64,000 nucleotides of DNA from NCBI RefSeq assembly GCF_000027125.1, contig NC_017626.1; one strand, given 5' to 3'. The notes below the pieces were generated by a model. That model saw only the letters and a list, made by a program, of their open reading frames with translations. It searched no databases and had not been told where the DNA came from. This DNA comes from Escherichia coli 042 (GTDB lineage: Bacteria > Pseudomonadota > Gammaproteobacteria > Enterobacterales > Enterobacteriaceae). Positions 10,335-19,408 of the stretch are shown here, one piece after another. The position numbers were made by a program, and so were the translations under genes. Position 1 is the first letter of the stretch. Each line of letters begins with the position of its first letter.

Positions 10335-11021
10335 ATGACCCCAATAAAAATATTTATGACTATTGCTGATTTCAAACGGCCTAAATTGGAGCTCCCAAAC
10401 GGGGCAAACAAACTACTACTGCACTCTTGCTGTGCTCCATGTTCCGGTGAAGTGATGGAGGCGCTTCAGGCCTCGGGAATCGACTATACCATCTTTTTCT
10501 ACAACCCGAACATTCATCCTCAGAAAGAGTATTTAATTCGTAAGGATGAGAATATTCGCTTTGCTGAACAACACGGCGTGCCATTTATTGATGCTGATTA
10601 CGACACAGACAACTGGTTTGAACGTGCCAAAGGAATGGAATGGGAGCCCGAGAGGGGGATCCGTTGTACCATGTGTTTTGACATGCGTTTTGAGCGGACA
10701 GCGCTGTACGCTGCTGAAAATGGTTTCAGTGTGATCAGCAGTTCACTGGGCATTTCACGCTGGAAAAATATGCAGCAGGTTAACGACTGTGGGCGGCGAG
10801 CCGTCGCGCATTATCCGGGCATGGTGTACTGGGATTATAACTGGCGCAAGCAGGGCGGCTCGTCCCGCATGATTGAAATCAGCAAGCGCGAAAAATTCTA
10901 TCAGCAGGAATATTGTGGCTGTGTGTATTCTCTGCGCGATACCAATCTACACCGCAAATCTCAGGGACGCCCTCTTATCAAAATTGGTCAACTCCACTAC
11001 GGTAAAGAAGAGAAGGAGTGA
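10335..11021 (+). CDS. DUF208/QueH-like Fe-S protein (epoxyqueuosine reductase family)
   Basis: N-terminal [21 protein letters not shown] and C-terminal YCGCVYSL motifs typical of QueH. Start codon uncertain (10335 or 10356). Confidence 0.65.
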   Translation: MTPIKIFMTIADFKRPKLELPNGANKLLLHSCCAPCSGEVMEALQASGIDYTIFFYNPNIHPQKEYLIRKDENIRFAEQHGVPFIDADYDTDNWFERAKGMEWEPERGIRCTMCFDMRFERTALYAAENGFSVISSSLGISRWKNMQQVNDCGRRAVAHYPGMVYWDYNWRKQGGSSRMIEISKREKFYQQEYCGCVYSLRDTNLHRKSQGRPLIKIGQLHYGKEEKE

Positions 11022-11201
11022 TTTTATGGAGCACCTTTCTTATTGATTTCATATTGGCGAGGTAGCGGGAGTTAAGTAAAATTGCTGCGGGTGCTTGAGG
11101 CTATCTGCCTCAGGCATGAACACCAAAAGGCAGATAGAGAAAAGCCCCAGTTAACATTACGCGTCCTGCAAGACGCTTAACATTAATCTGAGGCTCAATC
11201 T

Positions 11202-11414
11202 ATGCTGAACACATGTAGGTTAGCCTCTTACGTGCCGAAAGGCAAGGAGAAGCAGGCTATGAAGCAGCAAAAGGCGATGTTAATCGCCCTGATCGTCATC
11301 TGTTTAACCGTCATAGTGACGGCACTGGTAACGAGGAAAGACCTCTGCGAGGTACGAATCCGAACCGGGCAGACGGAGGTCGCTGTCTTCACAGCTTACG
11401 AACCTGAGGAGTAA
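11202..11414 (+). CDS. mok: mok-like overlapping reading frame (translational coupling to hok)
   Basis: 70-aa frame that contains the hok ORF in-frame, as in hok/mok loci. Confidence 0.5.
   Translation: MLNTCRLASYVPKGKEKQAMKQQKAMLIALIVICLTVIVTALVTRKDLCEVRIRTGQTEVAVFTAYEPEE
11259..11414 (+). CDS. hok: Hok/Gef family membrane toxin (51 aa)
   Basis: MKQQKAMLIALIVICLTVIVTALVTRKDLCEVRIRTGQTEVAVFTAYEPEE: Hok-family TM helix plus conserved C..E..R. Confidence 0.85.
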   Translation: MKQQKAMLIALIVICLTVIVTALVTRKDLCEVRIRTGQTEVAVFTAYEPEE

Positions 11415-11880
11415 GAGACCGGGCGAGGGAGAAATCCCTCGCCACCTCTGATGTATTATGCATCCTCAACGCACCCACACTTAACCAGTTTTGGCGAGTT
11501 TATTTTATCTGTAAATATTTTTATAAAAATAATGCCCACGCACAGCATAAAACAAAAAGTATTACAGATAAAAAAGGAGCGTAATGTGCAGATTTGTTGT
11601 TTTCCATATTTACTCACCTTAATATGATTGATCTTGATAGGATTGTTATTTCAGTGGTTTTCAAATGAGATATTATGGTGATCTGGTAGATTTGCATAAC
11701 ATTAAAATTTAATTTGTTTAACCGCTTTTAATAATAAGCGTTGTTTTTATCCCGGCAATCTGTTGTTTGGTTTTTATTCCATTAAGGTGGGGACTTTACA
11801 CTGGAGCCAGTTTATTTATACTTCATACGTCAGCCTGAACAACTGGCATCTGCTGCACTGCGCCATCGAGAGATTGAGAA

Positions 11881-12480
11881 ATGGCGCATATACAACTGGT
11901 CAAACAAACTTCTTCTGGTTTACTTCTCCCGGCGACGCCGGAGAGTTGCGATTTTCTGCATCAAATCAAAATAGGTGAGTGGATACACGCAGACTTTAAG
12001 CGTGTGCGTAACTACGCATTCCACAAGCGTTTTTTCAAACTCCTGCAACTGGGATTCGATTACTGGACTCCGGTCGGTGGGGCGATCACACCTCGCGAAC
12101 GAGAAATGGTGTTCGGCTTCGTTGATTACCTGTGTGAATCAGTAGGCAGGGAACATACGCCAGCTCTGAGTGATGCCGCGGAACAATATCTGAATACCGT
12201 TGCGACACGCAGAACCCGGGATATGGCATTGCTCAAATCATTTGACGCTTTCCGCGAGTGGGTAACCATTCAGGCCGGATTTTACACCGAGCATTTTTAT
12301 CCTGATGGTAGTCGTGGGCGTCGGGCGAAATCCATCGCGTTTGCGAATATGGACGAAACCGAGTTTCAGCAGGTTTATAAATCTGTACTGAATGTGCTGT
12401 GGAACTGGATTCTGTTCCGTAAATTTTCCTCTCCGGAACAAGTCGAAAATGTGGCCGCGCAGCTACTGGAGTTTGCGTAA
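11881..12480 (+). CDS. Phage nin-region protein of unknown function, 199 aa
   Basis: ORF immediately upstream of and abutting the YbcO-like gene. Confidence 0.55.
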   Translation: MAHIQLVKQTSSGLLLPATPESCDFLHQIKIGEWIHADFKRVRNYAFHKRFFKLLQLGFDYWTPVGGAITPREREMVFGFVDYLCESVGREHTPALSDAAEQYLNTVATRRTRDMALLKSFDAFREWVTIQAGFYTEHFYPDGSRGRRAKSIAFANMDETEFQQVYKSVLNVLWNWILFRKFSSPEQVENVAAQLLEFA

Positions 12481-12770
12481 TGGTGGATTTACGTAAAGCG
12501 GCGCGGGGCCAGATGTGCCAGGTCAGAATCCCTGGCTACTGCAATCACAATCCCGAAACTTCTGTGCTGGCGCATTACAGGTTGGCAGGGACGTGCGGAA
12601 CAGCGACAAAACCACACGATATGCAGGCAGCGATTGCCTGTAACTCATGCCACGATTTAATCGACGGGCGGGTAAAAACCAGCGATTACACCAAAGAAGA
12701 ATTACGCCTGATGCATGCAGAAGGTGTTTTTCGCACGCAAGAAATCTGGAGAAAGGAAGGTTATTTATGA
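12480..12770 (+). CDS. YbcO-like DUF1364 phage protein (putative nuclease), 96 aa
   Basis: Conserved Cys pattern (CQVRIPGYCN...CNSCHD) as in DLP12 YbcO. Confidence 0.7.
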   Translation: MVDLRKAARGQMCQVRIPGYCNHNPETSVLAHYRLAGTCGTATKPHDMQAAIACNSCHDLIDGRVKTSDYTKEELRLMHAEGVFRTQEIWRKEGYL

Positions 12771-13303
12771 TTTACCCAACAAATACAGGCAAAAGCGGGG
12801 AACACCTTCGTCTCACCACGCTGGAAAGTGTCTGGATTCAGGGAAAACTGCGCATGTGGGGGCGCTGGTCGTATATTGGCGGCGGTAAGACGGGGAATAT
12901 GTTTAACCAGTTGCTGGCGTCAAAAAAATTGACGAAAACAGCCATCAATGAAGCCCTGCGCAGAATGAAAAAAGCGGGAATAGAGAAAGCTGAGCTGGAA
13001 GCGTTTTTGCGAGAGATGATCAACGGCAAGCAAAAGAGCTGGCTGGCGCATTGTACTGATGCAGAGGCACTAAAAATTGATAGTGTTATAGGTGAAGTTC
13101 TGGCGGATCATCCAGGACTACTAAATGTCCTGAGTCAGCGTTATGTGGGGCGAGGGATGAGTAAGAGAAGGATGGCCGAGTTATTAAACGAACAGTACCC
13201 AGAGTGGGCGTTGATTACATGCCGACGTCGTGTTGATCAGTGGTTGCGTGTTGCTGAGTTCATTTTGTATTCACCTATGAGAGAAGCGTTCGATTATGCT
13301 TAA
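12767..13303 (+). CDS. Late-gene antiterminator Q-like protein, 178 aa
   Basis: Position (last gene before tRNAs and lysis cassette), overlap with upstream gene, RBS GAAAGGAAGG; family assignment from memory only. Confidence 0.55.
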   Translation: MIYPTNTGKSGEHLRLTTLESVWIQGKLRMWGRWSYIGGGKTGNMFNQLLASKKLTKTAINEALRRMKKAGIEKAELEAFLREMINGKQKSWLAHCTDAEALKIDSVIGEVLADHPGLLNVLSQRYVGRGMSKRRMAELLNEQYPEWALITCRRRVDQWLRVAEFILYSPMREAFDYA

Positions 13304-13399
13304 AAAATCATTGCAAAATGAGCCACAAACTGCTTCAATTTCGGTACGCTTCGCATAGCTGTATCGCGAGGCAAATTAAGCGCATGAACTTTAATACAA

Positions 13400-13426
13400 C
13401 CCGCCATTGAGCGGGTTTTGTTGTTT
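13400..13426 (+). terminator. Candidate tR'-type intrinsic terminator
   Basis: cccgc-cattga-gcggg stem-loop followed by ttttgttgttt. Confidence 0.4.
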
Positions 13427-13558
13427 CTGTGGCGTGATATCAGAAACGACATTTAATAATCGCCTTCAAAATAAATTTGTTTATACATTGTCATGTATAT
13501 TTTAAGTGAAAGTGAATTATTCACATAAAATAAAAACACATAAATAAATTTACATAAC

Positions 13559-13590
13559 TTGACGCAAAGTGTTGTTGCGATTGGAATATT
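13559..13590 (+). promoter_or_regulatory. Candidate sigma-70 promoter for the tRNA pair
   Basis: TTGACG then 17-nt spacer then TGGAAT; AT-rich UP-like tract upstream. Confidence 0.25.
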
Positions 13591-13665
13591 AAATCGTATC
13601 ATCGAAAACGGTTCTGAGGGGGAACTCTTCTTTGCTCGGTGATATCGCTCCCCTGAAGAACCAAT

Positions 13666-13741
<76 letters not shown>

Positions 13742-13744
13742 TAT

Positions 13745-13819
<75 letters not shown>

Positions 13820-14121
13820 GCATTTGAAACAAGCCTTATTGTATTGCGGCACTGGCGTATTTTTTTATTACGTGGGAGCAGGTTGTTTTGAAAAAGCATT
13901 CTGTTCTCTGGCTATGATTTGAGGCCGGGTGTAGCCTCAGTGCTGATTTTTTACGGCAGCAGAATGGTGCATTATCGGTGGAGATTTTGTATTTCCTGGC
14001 AGGGTCGGTGATGCATCATTCTGGTGTTGTAAAAGCACCGCAGAGGCGTTCCTCAGGGCGAGGGTGGTTTAAAGAGTCGGTTTAGCGGGAAACCACAGTA
14101 TCCATACGGCACGGAATACTT

Positions 14122-14148
14122 CGGGAGGCACCCGACGCCTCGGTTTTA
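14122..14148 (+). terminator. Terminator-like hairpin
   Basis: gaggc-acccgac-gcctc then ggtttta. Confidence 0.3.
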
Positions 14149-14182
14149 TAACAATTAAATAATTCATCCCTTAATTGACCAA

Positions 14183-14207
14183 CCGCCGTATCAGGCGGTT
14201 TTTTTTA
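14183..14207 (+). terminator. Intrinsic terminator
   Basis: ccgcc-gtatca-ggcgg followed by T9. Confidence 0.5.
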
Positions 14208-14595
14208 TTCCTTTCTCAGGACAAAAAAATACACGAGCATCCAGGAATACTCGTGGGACAACGTCCTTTGGATAGCAATTTGCGAGAGGGTGAAAAGTAG
14301 CGCGGTCGTCGGATTAAGACCGCGGGACAAAGTCCATGAAGAAGAATAAGTATCGGTCTCCTTCCGGAGACGAGTTGATATTACTAAGCTTTAAAAATGG
14401 TTTAAATCCTCAGATCAACCTTAATTTCAGATAAGGTTTATTTCATTTTCTCCGCGTCACATCCGACGCACATCACATCAGATAACACCACACAAAAGGC
14501 ATCTGCGGGTGTCTTTGACGGGGTGTTTTTTACGGGCCGCTGGTGGCCATTTTTTGTTTCCATTACACAGCGCCCGCATCTGCGAGGTGGGGGTT

Positions 14596-14811
14596 ATGAA
14601 ATCCATGGATAAGTTAACAACGGGTGTCGCCTATGGCACCTCCGCAGGCAGTGCTGGCTACTGGTTTTTACAGCTGCTCGATAAAGTCACGCCCTCACAG
14701 TGGGCAGCAATAGGTGTGCTGGGTAGCTTGGTATTTGGCCTGCTGACGTACCTGACAAACCTTTATTTCAAGATTAAAGAAGATAAGCGCAAGGCTGCGA
14801 GAGGTGAATAA
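14596..14811 (+). CDS. Pinholin, phage 21 S21-type, dual-start (MKSM), 71 aa
   Basis: [26 protein letters not shown]...; RBS GAGGTGGGGG; two start Mets three codons apart. Confidence 0.85.
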
Positions 14812-15308
14812 TGCCTCCATCATTACGAAAAGCCGTTGCTGCTGCTATTGGTGGCGGAGCAATTGCTATAGCATCAGTGTTAATCACTGGCCCAAGTGGT
14901 AACGATGGTCTGGAAGGTGTCAGCTACATACCATACAAAGATATTGTTGGTGTATGGACTGTATGTCACGGGCATACAGGAAAAGACATCATGCTCGGTA
15001 AAACGTATACCAAAGCAGAATGCAAAGCCCTCCTGAATAAAGACCTTGCCACGGTCGCCAGACAAATTAACCCGTACATAAAAGTTGATATACCGGAAAC
15101 AACGCGCGGCGCTCTTTACTCGTTCGTTTACAACGTGGGCGCTGGCAATTTCAGAACATCGACGCTTCTTCGCAAAATAAACCAGGGCGATATCAAAGGC
15201 GCATGTGATCAGCTACGTCGCTGGACATATGCTGGCGGTAAGCAATGGAAAGGTCTCATGACTCGTCGTGAGATTGAGCGTGAAATCTGTTTGTGGGGTC
15301 AGCAATGA
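14811..15308 (+). CDS. SAR endolysin (R21-type lysozyme), 165 aa
   Basis: N-terminal Gly/Ala-rich signal-anchor-release segment [18 protein letters not shown]; lysozyme body. Confidence 0.85.
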   Translation: MPPSLRKAVAAAIGGGAIAIASVLITGPSGNDGLEGVSYIPYKDIVGVWTVCHGHTGKDIMLGKTYTKAECKALLNKDLATVARQINPYIKVDIPETTRGALYSFVYNVGAGNFRTSTLLRKINQGDIKGACDQLRRWTYAGGKQWKGLMTRREIEREICLWGQQ

Positions 15309-15769
15309 ACAGAGTAACCGCGATTATCTCCGCTCTGGTTATCTGCATCATCGTCTGCCTGTCATGGGCTGTTAATCATTACCGTGATAATGCCATTACC
15401 TACAAAGCGCAACGCGATAATGTGAAGGAAAAACTCAACCAGGCGACCGCAATCATTACTGACATGCAGATACGCCAGCGTGATGTTGCTGCACTCGATG
15501 CAAAATACCTGAAGGAGTTAGCTGATGCGAAAGCTGAAAATGATGCTCTGCGTGATGATGTTGCCGCTGGTCGTCGTCGGTTGCACATCAAAGCAGTCTG
15601 TCCGTCCGTGCGTGAAGCCACCATCGCCTCCAGCGTGGATAATGCAGTCTCCCCCAGACTGGCAGACACCGCTGAACGGGATTATTTCACCCTCCGGGAA
15701 CGACTGGTAATGATGCAGGCCCAACTTGAAGGTGCTCAGCAATACATAACCGAACAGTGTTTAAAGTAA
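15305..15769 (+). CDS. Spanin inner-membrane subunit Rz
   Basis: N-terminal TM, coiled-coil body, follows endolysin. Confidence 0.8.
   Translation: MNRVTAIISALVICIIVCLSWAVNHYRDNAITYKAQRDNVKEKLNQATAIITDMQIRQRDVAALDAKYLKELADAKAENDALRDDVAAGRRRLHIKAVCPSVREATIASSVDNAVSPRLADTAERDYFTLRERLVMMQAQLEGAQQYITEQCLK
15525..15710 (+). CDS. Spanin outer-membrane lipoprotein Rz1 (embedded in Rz, +1 frame)
   Basis: Lipobox LVVVGC, Pro-rich mature part, fully nested in Rz. Confidence 0.75.
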   Translation: MRKLKMMLCVMMLPLVVVGCTSKQSVRPCVKPPSPPAWIMQSPPDWQTPLNGIISPSGNDW

Positions 15770-15906
15770 AATCTTAACTACAATATGATTCATTTTGATG
15801 ATTGTTTCATAAGGAACAGTGAAGTAAGATCTAAGATGAGTTAAATTTTATACAGTATAATCATAATGTTGCAGCAAGGTGGTTATAATTGAAAGAATAT
15901 TTAGAT

Positions 15907-17364
15907 ATGAATACATCTCATGTAAGAGTTGTTACTCATATGTGTGGGTTCCTGGTTTGGCTCTATAGTCTTTCAATGTTGCCACCAATGGTTGTAGCAT
16001 TGTTTTATAAAGAAAAAAGCCTGTTCGTTTTCTTTATAACTTTCGTTATATTTTTTTGCATTGGTGGCGGAGCGTGGTATACAACTAAGAAATCTGGTAT
16101 TCAATTACGTACCCGTGATGGGTTTATTATAATTGTAATGTTTTGGATTTTGTTTTCTGTTATTAGTGCATTCCCTTTATGGATTGACTCAGAACTTAAT
16201 TTAACGTTTATTGATGCTCTATTTGAAGGGGTTTCTGGAATAACAACAACAGGAGCAACTGTAATTGATGATGTTAGTTCATTACCTCGGGCATATTTGT
16301 ACTATCGGTCACAGTTAAATTTTATAGGTGGCTTAGGAGTTATTGTTCTGGCGGTTGCTGTATTGCCATTATTGGGTATTGGTGGTGCAAAGCTTTATCA
16401 GTCAGAAATGCCAGGGCCATTTAAGGATGACAAACTTACTCCCCGCCTGGCCGATACGTCACGGACACTTTGGATAACTTATTCTTTATTAGGTATTGCT
16501 TGTATTGTCTGTTATAGACTTGCAGGAATGCCTTTGTTTGATGCTATTTGTCACGGGATATCCACAGTTTCGCTTGGTGGTTTCTCAACTCATAGCGAGA
16601 GTATCGGATATTTTAATAACTATTTGGTTGAGCTGGTGGCTGGTTCTTTTTCCCTGCTATCGGCTTTCAACTTCACCCTTTGGTATATTGTTATTAGCAG
16701 GAAAACGTTAAAACCTTTAATCAGAGATATTGAACTTCGTTTCTTTCTGTTAATAGCCTTAGGGGTGATCATTGTTACCTCTTTCCAGGTCTGGCATATA
16801 GGTATGTATGACTTGCCTGGAAGTTTTATTCATTCGTTTTTTCTTGCCAGCTCCATGCTCACTGATAATGGTTTAGCTACGCAGGATTACGCAAACTGGC
16901 CCACGCACACGATAGTGTTTTTGCTGTTGTCAAGTTTCTTTGGGGGATGTATAGGTTCAACTTGTGGTGGAATTAAGTCACTTCGATTTCTTATACTTTT
17001 CAAACAAAGCAAACACGAGATAAACCAGCTTTCTCATCCCAGAGCGTTGTTGAGTGTAAATGTAGGAGGGAAGATAGTTACAGATCGTGTAATGAGGTCT
17101 GTATGGAGTTTCTTTTTTCTTTATACTCTCTTCACGGTGTTTTTTATACTGGTGTTAAATGGTATGGGATATGATTTTCTTACATCATTTGCAACAGTGG
17201 CTGCATGTATTAATAATATGGGATTAGGTTTTGGGGCTACTGCATCGTCATTCGGAGTGCTTAATGACATTGCAAAATATTTAATGTGCATAGCTATGAT
17301 TCTTGGTCGCCTTGAAATTTATCCTGTTATTATATTGTTTTCAGGTTTTTTTTGGCGCTCCTAA
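15907..17364 (+). CDS. trkG: Potassium uptake protein TrkG (485 aa)
   Basis: Polytopic membrane protein matching TrkG/TrkH; AT-rich relative to flanks. Confidence 0.85.
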   Translation: MNTSHVRVVTHMCGFLVWLYSLSMLPPMVVALFYKEKSLFVFFITFVIFFCIGGGAWYTTKKSGIQLRTRDGFIIIVMFWILFSVISAFPLWIDSELNLTFIDALFEGVSGITTTGATVIDDVSSLPRAYLYYRSQLNFIGGLGVIVLAVAVLPLLGIGGAKLYQSEMPGPFKDDKLTPRLADTSRTLWITYSLLGIACIVCYRLAGMPLFDAICHGISTVSLGGFSTHSESIGYFNNYLVELVAGSFSLLSAFNFTLWYIVISRKTLKPLIRDIELRFFLLIALGVIIVTSFQVWHIGMYDLPGSFIHSFFLASSMLTDNGLATQDYANWPTHTIVFLLLSSFFGGCIGSTCGGIKSLRFLILFKQSKHEINQLSHPRALLSVNVGGKIVTDRVMRSVWSFFFLYTLFTVFFILVLNGMGYDFLTSFATVAACINNMGLGFGATASSFGVLNDIAKYLMCIAMILGRLEIYPVIILFSGFFWRS

Positions 17365-17501
17365 TATATGGCTGATTTATAATTGTGAGTTTAATATTAT
17401 ATTGACTCACTCATTGATCCAATACCTAACTTTACCAGCAACACCTCCGCCCCCAGTAGCACTGGCTGCTGGGGTGCGTTTTATTCATAAAGCAAGGCTG
17501 T

Positions 17502-18293
17502 ATGAGCGAGAAATTGAAGATCGTCTATCGCCCTTTACAAGAACTGTCTCCGTATGCACACAACGCCAGGACACACAGCCCTGAGCAGGTGGCACAACTG
17601 GTAGAAAGCATTAAGCAATTCGGCTGGACTAATCCGGTGCTGATTGATGAAAAGGGCGAAATTATTGCTGGTCACGGTCGCGTTATGGCGGCTGAAGTGC
17701 TCAAAATGGATTCCATTCCGGTCATCGTTCTGTCTGGTTTGATGGATGATCAGAAAAAGGCGTACCGCCTGGCAGATAATCGCCTGCCGCTGAACGCTGG
17801 CTGGGATGAAGAACTGTTGCGGATGGAGCTGTCGGAGCTAATCAATGCTGATTTTGATATCTCCCTGACAGGATTCAGCCCGACAGAAATTGATGAACTG
17901 TTGACGGATGTTTTGCCAGGTACAGGAAATGAGGAGGAGCCGTACACGACGAAAATTGATACGCCTGTTTATGAGCCGTCGGGCGATAAACCGGACATCA
18001 GTGAGCTGTACGACGATACGAAAACTCAGGAGCTGATCAGCCGGATACGTTCGGCGTCCCTTGAGCCCGATATCGAAAAATTCCTCCTGTGCGCGGCAGA
18101 ACGCCACACGGTGTTTAATTTCAGCAGAATTGCGGACTATTACGCTCACGCCCCCGCTGAAATTCAGTGTTTTTTCGAGGAGTCGGCGCTGGTGATCATT
18201 GATTATCAGCAGGCTATTGAAAATGGATTTGTCCGGATGACGCAGCGCATGGTGGAGATCATGCATGGTGGTGAGGAGGAGGAATATGCGTGA
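17502..18293 (+). CDS. ParB-like nuclease domain protein, 263 aa
   Basis: N-terminal ParB/Srx-like motif (GHGR..A); acidic C-terminus. Confidence 0.65.
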   Translation: MSEKLKIVYRPLQELSPYAHNARTHSPEQVAQLVESIKQFGWTNPVLIDEKGEIIAGHGRVMAAEVLKMDSIPVIVLSGLMDDQKKAYRLADNRLPLNAGWDEELLRMELSELINADFDISLTGFSPTEIDELLTDVLPGTGNEEEPYTTKIDTPVYEPSGDKPDISELYDDTKTQELISRIRSASLEPDIEKFLLCAAERHTVFNFSRIADYYAHAPAEIQCFFEESALVIIDYQQAIENGFVRMTQRMVEIMHGGEEEEYA

Positions 18294-19218
18294 TGATTTT
18301 TGCGCCTTTATTCTGACTCACGGGCGACCGGACAAAGTTCTGACTTACCGGACGTTGCGTCGTGCTGGCTATACCGGGAAAATTTTTATCGTTGTTGATG
18401 ATGAAGATAAGACACGGCATCAGTACATGGCTGAATTTGGTGAACAGGTGCTGGTGTTTTCCAAAGCCGATATCGCCAGTCGTTTTGACGAAGCCGATAA
18501 TTTCGGTGACCGCCGCTCAATTTTTTACGCCCGTAATGCCTGTTTCGACCTGGCAAAACTGGTCGGGTGTAAATACTTCATTCAGCTCGATGATGATTAT
18601 CACGAGTTCCAGTTTCGGGTGGATCGCAACTATGACCAGGCCTATTTTCCGATAAGGAAACTGGATGCGATCCTTTCTGAAATGCTGGCGTACTACGAAT
18701 CAATACCTGCTCTTTCCATCGCTATGTCGCAGGGCGGGGATTTTCTTGGTGACAATGGCGGCCATGCTTCGTGGGTGAAACGCAAGGCAATGAACAGCTT
18801 TATCTGTTCGGTTGATCGACCGTTCTCATTCATGGGGCGCATTAACGAGGATGTGAATACGTACACGAATCTCGGTCGCTGTGGTGAATTGTTTATGACG
18901 ATCGGTGCTGTCCAGTTAGGGCAGAAACAGACGCAGAAAAACAGCGGCGGAATGACCGAGCTGTATCTGGATTCCGGAACCTACGTTAAAAGTTTTTACT
19001 CCGTCATGTATGCGCCGTCGTGCGTAAAAATCTCACTGATGGGTGCCAGCCATAAACGCATTCACCATCAGGTCACCTGGAACAACGCTGCAGTAAAAAT
19101 CCTTCACGAAAAATACAGGAAGAAGACACCCTGCATATCAATAGGGGTGACAAATGATTCCATATTCGAAAGTCGAGTCTCTGGCAGCGTGCCGGATGAC
19201 TGCACAACAAATCGCTGA
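18286..19218 (+). CDS. Hypothetical protein, 310 aa (possible nucleotide-sugar transferase-like fold)
   Basis: Strong RBS GAGGAGGAGG; motifs FILTHGRP, IVVDDED, FIQLDDDY suggest DXD-type transferase but unverified. Confidence 0.5.
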   Translation: MRDDFCAFILTHGRPDKVLTYRTLRRAGYTGKIFIVVDDEDKTRHQYMAEFGEQVLVFSKADIASRFDEADNFGDRRSIFYARNACFDLAKLVGCKYFIQLDDDYHEFQFRVDRNYDQAYFPIRKLDAILSEMLAYYESIPALSIAMSQGGDFLGDNGGHASWVKRKAMNSFICSVDRPFSFMGRINEDVNTYTNLGRCGELFMTIGAVQLGQKQTQKNSGGMTELYLDSGTYVKSFYSVMYAPSCVKISLMGASHKRIHHQVTWNNAAVKILHEKYRKKTPCISIGVTNDSIFESRVSGSVPDDCTTNR

Positions 19219-19405
19219 CGTTCTGGATGTTGATCTGAACCGACTGAAAGAAAATCGGGAAGCAATGACAGATTTTTATGCGGCCATCCGTAAGGGCAGA
19301 GCGAAAGGTGAAGCCGAGTTACGAGCGGCATTGTTTAAGCTTGCCAGAAAAGGGGATGCCTTTGCTCTGCGCGAACTACTCAGGGTGGATAAAAATCAGG
19401 ACTAA
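19154..19405 (+). CDS. Small HTH-like phage protein, 83 aa
   Basis: ORF overlapping end of upstream gene; start uncertain. Confidence 0.4.
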   Translation: MIPYSKVESLAACRMTAQQIADVLDVDLNRLKENREAMTDFYAAIRKGRAKGEAELRAALFKLARKGDAFALRELLRVDKNQD

Positions 19406-19408
19406 CTG

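Noticed and set aside
13820-14595. Possible toxin or other moron gene in the Q-to-holin slot
   Set aside because: No ORF of meaningful length in any frame; interval is instead hairpin-rich non-coding DNA (kept as a finding).
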